Origin: Chiloscyllium plagiosum
Lineage: Eukaryota
Assembly: GCF_004010195.1 (NCBI RefSeq)
Contig: NC_057719.1
Coordinates: forward strand, 50,519,008-50,583,007
Length of the DNA stretch: 64,000 bases
Direction: 5' to 3'
How positions within the stretch are numbered: the first letter of the stretch is position 1; the number at the start of each line of letters is the position of its first letter. Under the pieces are notes generated by a model. That model worked only from the letters and a program-made list of their open reading frames with translations, did no database searches and was not told the DNA's origin. The position numbers were made by a program, and so were the translations under genes. Of this stretch, positions 1 through 13,335 are shown piece after piece.

Positions 1-900
1 TTTCACTAATATTCAACTTTTCTACCCTTCATGCCAAAGTGCAACTGTTTCCAGAATCTTAAGGATTCCTGTCATAACCAGTGTATCCACTATCTCTTTA
101 GCTGCTGCTTTTAATATCTTAGGATACATCCCATTAAGTCCAGGGGACTTATTGGTCTTTAGCCTCATTACTTTCTCATGTAATGTTTCTCTCATGGTAG
201 TCACAGTATTTATTTCCTCTTCTCTGCAATTTTGGAATGGTGTTAGCGTCTACAGTGAAGACTGATACAACATATTTATTTAACTTCTCTGCCATTTCCT
301 GGTTCTCCATTATTATTTTCACAACTTTTTTCTCTAAGGGACTGATGTTCACATTGGCTTTTCTCTTGCTTTCCATGTATCTTAAAGAAACTTGTGCTAT
401 ATGTCTTGTTATTACTTGCGAGTTTACCCTCAATGTTAATCTTGTTGCTTTTTCTTTGTTTGTTTTTAAAACTTTCCCAATCCTGGCTTGCATTAGTCTT
501 TACCATATTGCATGTTTTCTTTCAATCTGATGTTATCTGTAACTTTCCTGGTTAGCTGTGGGTGGCTTATACCTTTGCTAGAAATCCTCCTTCCTTATTG
601 GAGCATGCCTTTGTTGTGAGCCAGTCACTATTTTGTTAAATGTCAGCCATAGCTCCTCAATAGTCTTTGCTGCTAAACCTCTTCCCCAGTCCACTTCAGC
701 TAGCTTACTCTCATTACTTTGTAATTAGCCTTGTTTAAACTTAGCGTAGCTGTTTTCAATCTAAATTCTTTGCTCTCCAACTGTATAGCTACTGTTGAGG
801 GGCCTATAGACTACTACTACCATTGTCTTTATCTTTGTTTTATTTTTTAGCTCCATCTGTGTAGATTTTAAAAATTCTAATTCAAGATCTTCTCATTACA
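1..900 (-). mobile_element. Decayed CR1 LINE ORF2 fragment (endonuclease-RT linker)
   Basis: Minus-strand ORFs read 'IIMENQEMAEKLNKYVVSVFT' and 'LKTNKSPGLNGMYPKILK', typical CR1 linker and RT-start motifs. Frameshifted; right end approximate. Confidence 0.85.
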
Positions 901-989
901 GTGTCTGTGTAAGAACTATAAAATCATACCCATCAACCTGTATTTGTGTAATTAATTCATCGATTTTTATCTTTCCGAATATTATGCAG

Positions 990-1135
990 AGAAACATAGA
1001 ACGTAGAAACAGGAATAGACCACTTGGTCCTTTGAACCTGCTCCATCATTCAACACGACCATGGCTGATCATCCAACTCAGTCATTCTATTCCTGTTTTC
1101 TCCCCATGACCTTTGATCCCTTTCGTCTAACAACT
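990..1135 (-). mobile_element. CR1 3' UTR fragment
   Basis: 'aacatagaacgtagaaacaggaatagaccac...ccatggctgatcatcc' matches the reverse-complement CR1 3' ends at 19490-19640 and 13560-13700. Confidence 0.65.
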
Positions 1136-1142
1136 ATGTCTT

Positions 1143-1243
1143 AGCAAAAGCAGAAGTTGCTGGAAAAGCTCAGCAAGTCTGGCAGCATCTGTGGAGGGAG
1201 ATCAGAGTTATCGTTTGGGACCAAGTGACCTTTCCTCAGAACT
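1143..1243 (-). mobile_element. Short hammerhead-motif retroelement (Penelope-associated, non-autonomous), degenerate
   Basis: Reverse complement is AGTT-CTGAGGA-aaggtc acttg gtccc-aaacgataact...cagatgctgccagacttgctgagcttttccagc, with the same body as the other copies. Confidence 0.75.
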
Positions 1244-1465
1244 ATTATTTATACTTTAGGAATGTAACATTGTGTTTGGAAATTCAAATGTACTTTTAGT
1301 GTTGCGTTTTGATCTTGTTGATTTTTCACAGAAACAGGCAATCAGCTTGGGAGCAGCTTTGAGGTAGGCAGAAAAATCTGTAAAGCAATTAGAAGCTATA
1401 CCAGAGGGCTATGAGAAATTAACTGTTTCTGATTTGGAGTCATGAAGCAAAAATACACTGAGGTA

Positions 1466-1782
1466 TTAGATTAGATTACTTACAGTGTGGAAACAGGCAT
1501 TTCGGCCCAACAAGTCCACACCGACCCACCAAGTGCATCCACCTAGACCCATTCCCCTACATTTACCCCTTACCTAACACTACGGGCAATTTAGCATGGC
1601 CAATTCACCTAACCTGCACATTTTTGGACTGTGGGAGGAAATCGGAGCACCCGGAGGAAACCCACGGCAGACACGGGGAGAATGTGCAAACTCCACACAG
1701 TCAGTCGCCTGAGGTGGGAAGTGAACCTGGGTCTCTGGCGCTGTGAGGCAGCAGTGCTGCCCACTCTGCCACCATGCCGCCC
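1466..1782 (-). mobile_element. HE1-type tRNA-derived SINE (V-SINE)
   Basis: tRNA-like head, core 'gtgtggagtttgcacattctccccgtgtctgc', CR1-like tail and (TCTAA)n end; closely similar to 47503-47821. Confidence 0.92.
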
Positions 1783-2267
1783 ATCGTGCATGTTCTTGAA
1801 CTGGGGAGTCCACAAGCATAAAATGGTTTTGAGGGTTTGTCCTGCAAAATGCTGGAGAAACTCCCAAGAATAATGAGAACACTAGGGAGAGTCAAAGTGA
1901 AATCCTGAGTGCTGTGGCAGATCTTGGTTTAGTCCTAGGTACACTCAGAATACTGTAAAACATAGGAGAACTCTAGGATGAGGAAGTGCTGTTGCTGATG
2001 AAAATTGGCACGGAATCATAGTGCTTGTTCAGAAAGCTGGTGTCATCATATGAGTAAAATGGCCTCTTCTGCATCATAGTAATTCTGGGAGATCTCCTTT
2101 TGACCCTTTTGTCATTAGTAACTCTGTGCGTGTATGTATAGCAGCATTGAATCTACAAGAGGCAGCACCTTGTGCCATTTTTATCTACAAACCAGTGTGC
2201 TATCAGAGAGCTGACGTGAAAAGCCCAAATGCATCTCCAAGCCTGAAATGGTCGTGAATACCCTTGA

Positions 2268-2333
2268 ATGCAGAGAGTGAGCCTTTCTTCACAGAGAGGT
2301 GCGGGATCATCATTGATTTCATGCTGTCACTCA
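2268..2333 (+). CDS. Candidate first coding exon of unidentified host gene (MQRVSLSSQRGAGSSLISCCHS)
   Basis: ATG at 2268 and donor TCA|GTGAGT at 2334 in phase 0, matching the phase-0 acceptor at 3278; lies in non-repetitive sequence. Confidence 0.35.
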
Positions 2334-3277
2334 GTGAGTGAGTGTAAGTGTGACATGATGTGTGCAAGCCAGGCCCAAGCACAATACCAGCATACTATAT
2401 TTAGCCTTAATGTTGTCCACATTAAGGTTCGATGCCTGGCTGCAGGCCTGAAAGCTGATCTGTAATGTTGGAGTCTATCCGTGGAGTAGGAGTCAGTTGC
2501 TTGTGAGAGATTAGAAATGTTTGGCTGTTAGAATGTATTTCAACCTTGGCATGTTTGAAGACACTCTCTCTCTCATCTCTCATATGGGTGTAGTTTAACC
2601 GGGTCCACTAGCAAAAAAATGGCACTGGAACAGATAATTTCAGGGGGTAAATGTGCATATATTTACAGAAGTGCAAGGTTATTGACAGTTTGTTACCTGT
2701 CCCATTTGAATGGCCTCTGCTTCATTTCTTCCTCTCCCTCCCCCATGACTTCGAAAGCTGGGCTGCAGGAGCAGCTCAGTAGTTAGCCTTGTTGGTCTGG
2801 GAAAACTCGGGCATTGGCCCCTCAGTCCATGCCTTTATGTACTATGTCGTGTGGTCATTCAAGCATAATTAAGTGGTGCTGTTGCATGATAACATGAATG
2901 TGGCTTGACTGTCTTGAGTCATGCCACCAGAAATCTGTTCAGATATTATTGTGCAAGAAAGAGTGCAAGTTTAGCAAACTTTAGTGTGTGTTGAATGTTT
3001 GCTGAATAGATCAGTGGTTTCATTCCTCCTTTTGGAAATCCAGGTCAGTAAATTGTTCACCTGAGAAATTATATTAATTGCTTCATTATTCAAAACTGCA
3101 TTGACCTCGCCAGAATTAATGTTCTAAGGTGCCTTAAGCTGACATTTTATGTATATAGAATTGCCTGAACACTCCTTCACACTTACTTGCATTTCTTAAT
3201 ATAATTATAATTATGCCATGTGATTAAGTATTATTGTACAGTGACCATAACAGGTTCTTTTTACTTTTGTCATTTAG

Positions 3278-3479
3278 TCGAGAATATTGACTTCAGCATT
3301 CACAATGAGCAACATCCATTCTGTTGATGCGGCTCCAACACATTCTGACAATATGACACAGAGTTCAGCAGCACATTGTACTCAGTATTTGAATCAAGGC
3401 CTCCAACAGTTGCCAAGCAACAGTATCCATTACGTTTCTCATGGAGATGTGCCGTCTGACTCCTCTGCAGCACTACTGG
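3278..3479 (+). CDS. Host gene coding exon (SRILTSAFTMSNIHSVDAAPTHSD...SDSSAALL), product unidentified
   Basis: Acceptor ttttacttttgtcatttAG and donor G|GTGAGA; 202 nt open frame ending in phase 1; in-frame ATG at 3305. Confidence 0.65.
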
Positions 3480-3995
3480 GTGAGAAGCACGAACAGTTTT
3501 GTGTGAAATGGAGAAATATTTCCTTTGTCTGTTATAATACTATAGGAAAACAACGGATCTTCAGTGTCATTAAAATTTAACTCTGCTTATTATGGCATAA
3601 TAATATGTGAAAACAGAGTTACAGGAGTTGAGATCATTTTATTAACATTAAATCTGATGTTACAATTGTGTTTTTGCAATTTGGGTTTTGTTTAAAAATC
3701 TAATATTTGATATGGCATACTGTGTTATTTGGAGTTTAAAAACCAACTAAAAATTTGAGACCTTTCTTGAACACTTGCATTGATCCAATCTTTCAATGTG
3801 TAAATTGGAAGCAAAATTATGGGTTCATCTTCGAATATTGTACTATTTCTACTACTAAAGGTCTCTTGTTTAATATTGTGAAGCAGACTCTGGGTTCTAC
3901 AGCAGTAAAAACAAGTTTTCAGCATTATCATATTCACATGCACAATAATTTGTGCAGTTTCAATCTCTGTGGTTTTGATCATTAGGATTGCGAAT

Positions 3996-4345
3996 GTCAT
4001 AGAAATCATAGAAACCCCTGCAGTGTGGAAGCAGGACATTCAACCTATCAAGTCCATACCAACCCTCCACACAGCATCCCAACCAGATGTATCCACTTAC
4101 TATATCCCTGTAACCCTGCATTTCCCGTGGCTAATCCACCTAACCTGCACATCCCTGGACGATATGGGCAATTTAATACAGGCAAACCACATAACCTGCA
4201 TCCATGGACTGTGGGGGGGTGGGGGGACCAGAGCACCCATGAGGAGAATGTGCAACCTCCACACAGCTACCCAAGGGTGGAAACCAGTCCTGGTCCTTGG
4301 TGCTGTGAAGCAGCTGTACCAATCACTGAGCCACCATGGCACCCT
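3996..4345 (-). mobile_element. HE1-type SINE, diverged longer variant
   Basis: HE1 core 'ctaatccacctaacctgcacatc' internally duplicated; tRNA-like head near 4290-4343. Confidence 0.85.
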
Positions 4346-4859
4346 GTAAATGCATTGATTTGATGAAGTCACCAGTGTTTTGAAAAATTCTTAGAAATTA
4401 CTTCAATGTTTTTATTCAGAATTATGGCATGCTTTAATAATGCTTTAAAAATCACTGCCTTCACTGCAGCATAATGAATTTACTTTTCACCACCCTGGCT
4501 GTTTAGCATATTCAAGTCAAACTGATTCAGAGATGCACATGAGATGGAACATTTATGTCCTTTTTTTGCCAGGCAAAATAGCGTATCAGTTATGAAGGAG
4601 AAGACCCAATTTTGGCAGGAAATATGCTTCCTGATAGCAGAGTAGTTCTGGATCAGATTTAATTACTCCTTATACAAATCTATACGTTGGTCATTTCCCC
4701 TCTTGGTGCAAAGTAGACTCATTTCAATTAAATGGACTGAAAGTAATGGGAAAGATTTTTGTGCTGGAACAATTATTTATTGAAAGCAATAACCATAAAA
4801 TAAATAATGTTTGTGAAATTCACGCTTTTTAAAAACACAAATCTAACTAGTTGTATGTA

Positions 4860-5450
4860 GTATCCAAGGCTTTAATTATAATAACATAGCGTACAAATGC
4901 AAGGAAATTAGGCTCCCTTTGTACAAGACCTTCCCTGGACTATTGTGCATAGTTCTGGCCACAATACTTCAGGAAGGATGTGAATACATTGGAGAGCGTG
5001 TCGAACAATTTATAAGGGTCGTTCGATTGATGACAAAATTAGTTATGAAGATCGGAGAAGCTGTTTTTCTTAGGAGATGTCTAAGAAGAGATTTGACAGA
5101 AGTTTTCAAAATCATGGATAGTGTAAATGGAGAGAAACTGATAACACTCAAAAAGATCAAGAACAAGAGGGCACAGATTTGCAAAAGAAGCAAGTGCAAT
5201 ATAAGAAGAAACCTTCTCATTCATCGGATAGTTAGGATCTGGAATGCAATGTCGAGAACTGTGATGGAGCAGATTCAATCAAGGCATTCAGAAAGGCATT
5301 TGATTGTCTCTATTCAAATAACAATGTGCAAGGGTACAGGGAAAAGGCAGGAGACTGGCACCAAGTCATAATGGTCATTCAGAGAGCCAGTACAGGTGCA
5401 ATGGGCCAAACAAGGGCCTTTTGCATTTTAACAATTCTGTGATTCTCTGG
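4860..5450 (+). mobile_element. Old CR1 3' fragment
   Basis: ORF 4919-5371 has 'RRCLRRDLTEVFKIM' and 'RIVRIWNAM' CR1 C-terminal motifs followed by a 3' UTR. Confidence 0.85.
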
Positions 5451-5841
5451 TAGTTCTAAATAATTTGAAGCATTAAAATGATCATGTTGGTCACACGCAT
5501 TATCATAATCAATGATTTGTGTTTTTGGCAAGCAAGGCGCAGAATTAAAAATATGAATCCAAAGCACAAGCAAAGATCTCAAACTGTGAAATATAAACTG
5601 AATTTCACTTTGTAACAGTGGCCCTGATCACAATATTTAATAATATTATTAGTTTATTCTAAACTCGAAATAATCCAATATTCACTTTGAAAATCGTTTG
5701 AATTTCAGATTTAATTGTGACATGAGCACAGTTCATCTAACAAACCATGAACCCAATTAGATAAAAAAATTATAGGCCAGTATCTGTTTTAAGATGCATG
5801 CTGTTAATTCTTGTTGTATTATATATAGCTTAATTATATCT

Positions 5842-6890
5842 TTTTTTATTCGTTCATGTGATGTGAGTGCTGAGTGAGCAATTATTGACTATTCCTAGTT
5901 GCCCTTGAGAAGGTGTTGATGAGCTGCCTCCTTGAACTGCTGCAGTCCGTTTGATTTTAGATCGACTCCCAATGCTGTAAAGGATGAATACAGGATTTTT
6001 GCCTCAGTGACAATAAAAGAATGGCGACATACCTCCATGTCAGTGACTTGGAGGGAACTTGCAGATGATAGTGTTCCCATGAATCTGCTGCCCTTGTCCT
6101 GTTAGATGGTATTGGTCGTGAGTTTGGCTGTCGACAGAGCCTTTGAATTTCTACAAAATGTGCATTTAGATGGCACACATCGTACACTGCTGCTACTGAA
6201 TTTTGGTGGTGAAGGAAGTGAATTTCTTTTTTTTTGTGTGGCTGTGGTGCCAAAAAATGTAGGCCGATTTGTGTTGAGTAATGTCAAGCTTCCTGAGTGC
6301 TTTTGGAGCTGCACTGATCCAGGCAAGTGGAGAATATTCTGTCTAAGACTTGAGCCTTGTAGATGCTGGATAGATTTTGAGAAATAGGAGATGAGTTATT
6401 TGTTGCAGGGTTCTTAACTTGGATTTGCTTTGGTAGCGATAGTATTTATGTGACTAGGTTAGGCTGTTTCAGTTTCTGGTTAATGGTAACCCCAGAATGT
6501 TGCTAGTAAGACATTCAGTGAAGCAATGTGATTGAATGTCAAGTGGCGATGCTTAGATTCTCTCTTTTTGGAAGGAATCTTGTTATTACCTGTTTTTTGT
6601 TTGGCACAAATATTTCTCAATATTTGTCAGCCCAAGCATGGGCATGAGCTGCCACAATATTTGAGGAGTTGTGAATGGTGCTGAAAATCGTGCAATCATC
6701 AACAAACATTCCCAGTTCTGATCTTATGAGAGAGGGAAGGCATTGAAGCAACTGAAGATAGTTGGGTTTAGGATACGACCCTGCAGAACTCCTGCAGTGA
6801 TATTATGAGCTGAGCTGATTGACCTCCAGTAAATGTAGCAACCTTCCTTTGTGCTGGGTTTGATTTGAATTAGTGAATTGCATGTGTGAT
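5842..6890 (-). mobile_element. CR1-clade LINE 3' part (second family, tail 'ttttattcgttcatg' on + strand)
   Basis: Minus-strand 'ITAGVLQGRILNPTIFSCF' and 'GLQQFKEAAHQHLLKGN'; homologous to 22582-23790. Confidence 0.75.
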
Positions 6891-8094
6891 CTGGTACTTT
6901 TTCTGAATTCATGATGCCTGGTAAGTGTGGCTCTAAGTCACTTTTGGACAAATCAACAAAACTGGCCTGAGCATTGCTTGTGACTTCAAGAATGGGCAAG
7001 GAGATTGGATAGAATTCTGTTAGAGGGGCATTCCAGTCAGAAAATTCATATTGGAGAATTCCAGTCCAGCTCCAGTCTCAGCTCTTCACTGGTTTTATGT
7101 AACCAAGGGAATCTCGGTTAGTTTCTGCCGATGTGAAGTAAACCTCTGTTTAAAGCTTGTTTAAAGAGAAGTGATTGGAGTCTTTATTGTTCTGTGTTTC
7201 AAAGTGTACAGACAAGCCTGTGTTTCATTGGATAAATTATTCAGTGTTTCTGCATGTCTTCTGCATCTAAAACAATTTGGCTCAAAATAGTACCTGGGTT
7301 AAAGGGATAGTGGGGAATAGCAGGAACAGGCTATTGATTTGAATGGTAGATAATCAAAATGAATGGAAGAGCAGATTCTAAGGGCCAAATAGCCTACACC
7401 TGTTTCTATTTTACTAAGTTTCTCTGCTTCTAAAAGCCTGAGCAATCAGTCTGGTGACCACTTTCAAAGAGATGAGAATTATATATAGATGGTTTCATCC
7501 AAGAGCCAGTGTATGGACCATAGTTCATAAAGTCCTACAGCTGTAAACATAATAATTCACTCTTATCAGACCTCTGTTTCTTTTCTGAGAAGATATTTAA
7601 TCTCTCCCACTCCTGTTCTTTTTCATGATTCTGCATCCAATTCACTTTTCATATTTACAATTGAATCAGTTTCTGCTGTCCATTTAGGCAGTGTGTTTGA
7701 GATCATAATTAATTATATTATTTATTTTTATAAAATAATCTCCTTTCTCTTCTCTCTTATTTTTCCAGTTGTTATAAATTTATATATGATTACTGATAAA
7801 GCTATCAGTTTAAACACTTAAGTTAAGTCACTACCATTACTGCGCCTCAAGAATTGTATTGAGATTAATCACAGATTGAATTTTACTTAAAATTATTTAT
7901 AACAGATCATCTAATTGCTCTAGAGGTAAAGGAGAAAATAATGCCCAAATTAAGTAATGATTTATATATAAACCTGTGTGTGTGATGCCCCAAATAGATA
8001 TTTTATCCTTGTTCAGAGGTACTGGTAGTGGATCGTAATTGAATAATCCACTTTAGTTTTACTGAGATACATGATTTTGAGTATTACCCACTTC

Positions 8095-9113
8095 GAGTCA
8101 CAGAGATGTACAGCATGGAAACAGACCCTTTGGTCCAAATCGTCCATGCCGACCAGATATCCCAACCTAATCTCGTCCCATCTGCCAGCACCCGGCCCAT
8201 ATCCCTCCAAATCCTTTCTATTCATACCCATCAAGATGCCTTTTAAATGTTGTAATTGTACCAGCCTCCACCACATCCTCTGGCAGCGCATTTCATACAT
8301 GCACCACCCTCTGTGTGAAAAAGTTGCCCCATAGGTCTCTTTTATACCTTTCCCCTCTCACCCTAAACCTATGCTCTCTAGTTCTAGATTCTCTCACCCC
8401 AGGGAAAAGACCTTGTGTATTTACCCTATCCATGCCCCTCATGATTTTATAAACCTCGAAATGGTCACCCCTCAGCCTCCAATACATCAGGGAAATCAAC
8501 CCTAGCCTATTTAACCTTTCCCTATAGCTCAAATCCTCCAACTCTGGCAACATCCTTGTAAATCTTCTCTGAACGCTTTCAAGTTTCACAATATCCTTCT
8601 GATAGGAAGGAGACCAGAATTGTACGCATTCTTCCAACAGTGGCCTAACTAATGTCCTGTACAGCCGCAACATGACCTCCCAACTCCTGTACTCAATACT
8701 CTGACCAATAAAGGAAAGCATACCTTCTTCACTGTCATACCTACCTGTGACTCCACTTTCAAGGAGCTATGAACCTGCACTCCAAGGTCTCTTTGTTCAG
8801 CAAAACTCCTTAGGACCTTACCATTAAGTGTATAAGTCCTGCTAAGATTTGCTTTCCCAAAATGCAGCACCTCACATGTATCTAAATTAAACTCCATCTG
8901 CCACTCCTCAACCCTTGGCCCATCTGATCAAGATCCCGTTGTATTCTGAGGTAATCTTGTTTGCTGTCCACGACACCTCCAATTTTGGTGTCATCTGTAA
9001 ACTTATTAACTATTCCTCTTATGCTCACGTCCAAATCATTTATATGAATGATGAAAAGTAGTGGACCCAGCACTGAACCTTGTGGCACTCCACTGGTCAC
9101 AGGCCTCCAGTCT
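8095..9113 (-). mobile_element. Young 5'-truncated CR1 LINE
   Basis: 'SDWRPVTSGVPQGSVLGPLLF', 'KFTDDTKIGG', 'LYRTLVRPLLEECVQFWSP' and a complete 3' UTR with (CTCTATGA)-like tail. Confidence 0.95.
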
Positions 9114-9814
9114 GAACTCTTGAGAAGAAAGATGGATTGTTTAAAAATGAAATATCCCAGATCCCACATTGCTCTTGTTACAATCTTAAACATGCATAGG
9201 TTAGAGAACTGAGTGATACCCTCTATTATAAATGGATGTGAAAAAGTATGACTAAAATATAGTTCCCATAGTTTTTCTTTCGATATTTCTCTTCTGATTT
9301 TTGCCATGATTTACTTTCTATTTCTTTTCTTAGTTTCACCTTTGCTTTTCTGAAAGTGTTGACAAATGCAGAAATGCAAATCTCTTGACACTCCCTTTGG
9401 CAACTTCCTCAAGCAGGATTCTTGATGTTTGGGCATTAATACTAAGAATGAACATAATACTTGATACCTAAGATAGGATAACTCATTTCTATCTTCACTG
9501 AACATTTGTCAATGTTTATTTTCCATCAGCGATCAGGCACAGAAATCTTGAGATTTTCCTTTCTTGTCCTAGGTGCATTGAAGCTAACCATGGAGCAAGC
9601 AATTGCAACTTGGTACTGTATGTCTCCAGTTACAAAATGTCTTTATTAATTCAATCATGAATATATTTCTATCTCATATCAAGAAATAAACAACCCTATA
9701 AGAAAGTGGAACTTCCAATACAGAGGAAATTTGTTAAATTTGAACATGAATGCCTGTAAAACAATTTAAGTCAAAACTGAATATTTTGTCCTCAAGTACT
9801 GAATTTAATTTCAG

Positions 9815-9991
9815 CTTGTCGAAGTCGTCCTTTTACAAACGGATTTGACATGGGAGGTTCTCTGCAGACTCCTGCTCCTCGTCAGTTTGCTCCTGTGCCA
9901 ATGTCGAAGGATGTTCAAGTTCAGCAAAAGAGGACGAAGTCTGCCATTCAGAAGGCCAAAGTGGATGCAGTGATTTCTGCAGATAGACCAG
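9815..9991 (+). CDS. Host gene coding exon (CRSRPFTNGFDMGGSLQTPAPRQFAPVPMSKDVQVQQKRTKSAIQKAKVDAVISADRP)
   Basis: Acceptor aatttaatttcAG and donor CAG|GTATGG; 177 nt, phase 1-1, stop-free, GC-richer than flanks; in frame with exon 3278-3479. Confidence 0.75.
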
Positions 9992-10166
9992 GTATGGCAA
10001 AGAAAATAGTAATAGTTCCTGCTGAGTAAGTTACAAAAGTACATTTCATTTGATACCACCCAATGCCATTTGATACTTCTCGATATGTAAAGTGATTATA
10101 CCTTTGGTTAGCTTTGGCATTGTCAGAGGGGCAGAATGATGATGCTTGGGACTGACTGCATTGCAG

Positions 10167-10328
10167 TATAGAACAATTTCAGTTACCGAACAAGACAGGT
10201 AGGGAGTATTTTGTTCGGATAACTGAGAGTTTGGGATAATGGATAGCGTTTTTAACGGGACCTTGAGATCTTATTCGGATAATTGGAAATTTGGATAATT
10301 GATGTTTGGATAATTGAGGTTATATATA
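10167..10328. mobile_element. Degenerate Tigger/pogo-like MITE
   Basis: Repeated TT(C/T)GGATAA(C/T)TG motifs with an inverted copy near the left end; TA flanks. Confidence 0.5.
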
Positions 10329-11828
10329 CAGCAATGTTTATATAAAGCAATGTATTTTTTCTATTTTAAGTTGCATAATAACAGTTAATTTGTCATACGA
10401 AATATCACTTCAGCCCTCCACTTAGACAATGTGAGGATCTCATTTCTAATGTTGAAGGTACAATTGATTAAGCTGGAACAGATTCAGTTCAGTTCAGGGT
10501 TGTTATCAAGGAAGTGCTGAGCAGAAACCATGAGCAAGGTGAAATCTTTGAATATTTTTGGGAAACCTATGAAGCTGTAAAAGAGAGAGGGGGAGCTTTT
10601 AACTTTGAATCATAATGAAATATCCAGGACAAACTGTGTATTTTTCAAAAGTTTGGGAACTCATATGTTTTATTTTTAATCCATATCTGTGCTTTGCATT
10701 ATCTATATGTTATGGGGAATAAATACCTTCTGCTGTTTTGTTGATTTTGTTTTGAAAGCAGTAAAGTTTAACAAAATTTATTTTCATCAGTGAGTATTTT
10801 AGGAGCCTAGAGAAAGACTATTCAGCGCTCTGAGCCTATGTCAGCCCTTGAAAGAGAGATCAGTTAGCTCTCTTTAGCTGTACATTTTTCTTTCTCAAGT
10901 ATTTAACTGGTTTCATTTTGAAAATGACTCATTAGTCTGATTTCTCAATTACATTCTGTACCATAATAATCTACTGTATCTTTTTAAAAGAAAATTCTCT
11001 TGCTATTTTGTTGTTTACCTAAGTGGCAGTTGAAGTCTTTTACTGCTAGCTCTCGTAACAAATTCTGAAACAGTTAAGGATTTCTAGTATGCACCCAGCT
11101 GAATTTTACTGTCAAAATATATACAACTTGGAGACCTTAGCACTGCTTGTGATAAGCTAATGTAAAAACTCCAATCAATGCTGTTGTTGCTAGATAATTT
11201 AATATTAGTAAATTGATTACCATATTTATCGCAAGTTTTATGAAATCTTTACAACTGATTAATTTAAATTCTTATCTCTGTATTTCTGTGGAAACTATGA
11301 AGCGTGTGGCTTGATTATGGAATATTCCTTTACATTACTATTGAAGGTTGCAATTTTAATAAAGGGAGATGTAAAGGAAGCTGAAAGAGATGGCAAAGTT
11401 TGGAAGATTTTCTGTGTTGAAGAAAGATTATCATGTAACTTGTCGGAACTGACAAATGAATAAAAATGTATTGTAAGTCGCTGACTGTTTACATAATGTC
11501 AGATGACTTCCTGTAAAGTGGACAAGCAAAGTTTTTCTTAACAAAGATTTATATCTTTAAATAATTGGTAAGTTTGGTTTTGATGGGGTCTGTGTGCTGA
11601 AGTTTGCTCAGCAATAACCTCTAAACTGAAGAACTGAAATACTTTATCTTTAGTACACACCTAGGTGTGGCAGCTAAAGCAACAACTCCCCCCCCCCCCC
11701 CCCCCCCCTTCCACCCCTCTCCAAAATCTTACAGCAGGATAAGCTGTGGAGATCTCTCCCAGTGAAGTAGCTTCTCAGGATTCCAGAACTTTCCTGCTAC
11801 CAGTAGCTTTAACCTCCTATTAATCTTT

Positions 11829-11950
11829 GAAAGGCCTGATGAAATGTCAATTTTCCTGCTCCTTGGATGCTGCCTGACCTGCTGTGCTTTTCCAGCACCA
11901 CTCTAATCTTGACTCTGATCTCCAGCATCTGCAGTCCTCACTTTCGCCTG
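11829..11950 (+). mobile_element. Short hammerhead-family retroelement, ribozyme head decayed
   Basis: Body 'ggatgctgcctgacctgctgtgcttttccagcaccac...ctccagcatctgcagtcctcactttc' shared with 44281-44400 and 53961-54184. Confidence 0.8.
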
Positions 11951-12269
11951 CTACTTCCAGTTGACTCTTGTTAAAACTGAAGACTGATCTCAAGCTTTTG
12001 TATCAATTGTCTGGCTATCAGAATTGTGATCTTGACAAAAGGATTTTGACTGGACCTTTAGAAGTACTTTAAGTTCAAATACTTGGCCCATTGGGGTTTT
12101 TAATTAACCCAAAATTGTCCTGTTTTTTACAACCCATATCTATTTGGAGCTGCATTATCTTGTCTGTTGTGTGAGTATGTATGTTTGATATTATGACGAT
12201 ATAGTATTTCTCTGAATAGTAGCATATTTGTTGACCAGTTTTGTCTCAAGTTTAAAGAATTACTTTACT

Positions 12270-13335
12270 TAATTTGATTTATTTATTGTCACATATATCT
12301 TGTTGCAAAATACATTGAAAACTGTAGTGTAGTGTTGCCACTGTCTGGCGCCATCTTAAGACACAGACAAATAAAGCGAGGCAGAAAAATGAAGAAATTA
12401 AGTCCAACTTGACAGTCCTTCTTAGTAAGTAGAGGCTGAATAGGCTGGGGCTGTTTTCTCTGGAATGTCGAAGGCTGAGGGGTGACCTTATAGAGGGTTA
12501 TAAAATCATGACAGGCATGGATAGGTTAAATGTCTTTTCTCTGGGATGGGGGAGTCCAGAACTAGAGGGCATAGGTTTAGGGTGAGAGGGGAAAAAGTGG
12601 AAAGGGACCTAAAGGGCAACTTTTTCACGCAGATGGTGATGCGTGTATGAAATGAGCTGCCAGAGTAAGTGGTGGGGGCTCCTAAAAGTACAACATTTTA
12701 AAAGGCATCTGGATGAATATATGAATAGGAAGGGTTTAGAGGGATATGGGCTGGGTGCTGGCCAATGGGACTAGATTAGGTTAGGATAGCTGATCGGCAT
12801 GGTCAAGTTGGACTGAAGGGTCTGTTTCCGTGCTGTACATCTCTATGGCTGTATGACTCTAAATGCTCCCTTATAGGCCATGGGCATGGTGACAAGGCAT
12901 GAGTCTCCTTTGCCACGCCACCGCTGCTGGACTGAAAGTCGTCACTCGTTGGCGCCATCTTGCCTCCACCAATGCCCTCACCACTGAGTGTTGATGAACC
13001 TCGCCAGTGAAGACACCACCGATGCTGCCAGATACTGCACCATCCCAAACTCTTCTCTGCCAATGGCATGATTGTGTTTCAGGCCCACCTTGCCACTGCT
13101 GAAGCTGCCAGGTCTTCCACTGGATCCAAATGTGCCTCTGCCGCTGATGCCACAAGTCTGTGCTTCTGGGCCTCCTGGTTGATGCTGTTGCTGCGAATGA
13201 GCTCTTCACCAAGGGGTAAGTAAAATAAAATAAAAGAACAAAGGAGAGAAGAGAGAAAAAATTGACAAGAAACAAAAACAAGAGTGCATGAGCCCTGGGC
13301 TCAGAAGCCTGACTCCATTGCCTTCTTACTGGGAA
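12270..13335 (-). mobile_element. Non-autonomous retroelement with Rex1-like 3' tail, split by a CR1
   Basis: Left end 'atttgattttatttattgtcacat' is the reverse complement of the tail type seen at 59240-59270; GC-rich body resumes at 12870. Confidence 0.45.
12430..12862 (+). mobile_element. Young CR1 3' fragment
   Basis: High similarity to 32160-32567 and to the reverse complement of 8095-8530; ends 'tatgactcta'. Confidence 0.92.

Noticed and set aside
1580..1895. Cluster of overlapping 60-100 aa ORFs (also at 4.0, 17.2, 24.8, 43.8, 47.5 and 53.3 kb)
   Set aside because: All are translations of HE1 SINE copies, which are GC-rich and stop-poor, not genes.
8882..9307. 141-aa ORF joining novel N-terminus to RT motifs
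   Set aside because: Chance read-through from flanking DNA across the 5' truncation point of a CR1 at about 9113; downstream frameshifts.
11688..11708. C21 run as a G-quadruplex element
   Set aside because: Simple homopolymer inside repeat-derived DNA; length is unreliable and there is no functional context.
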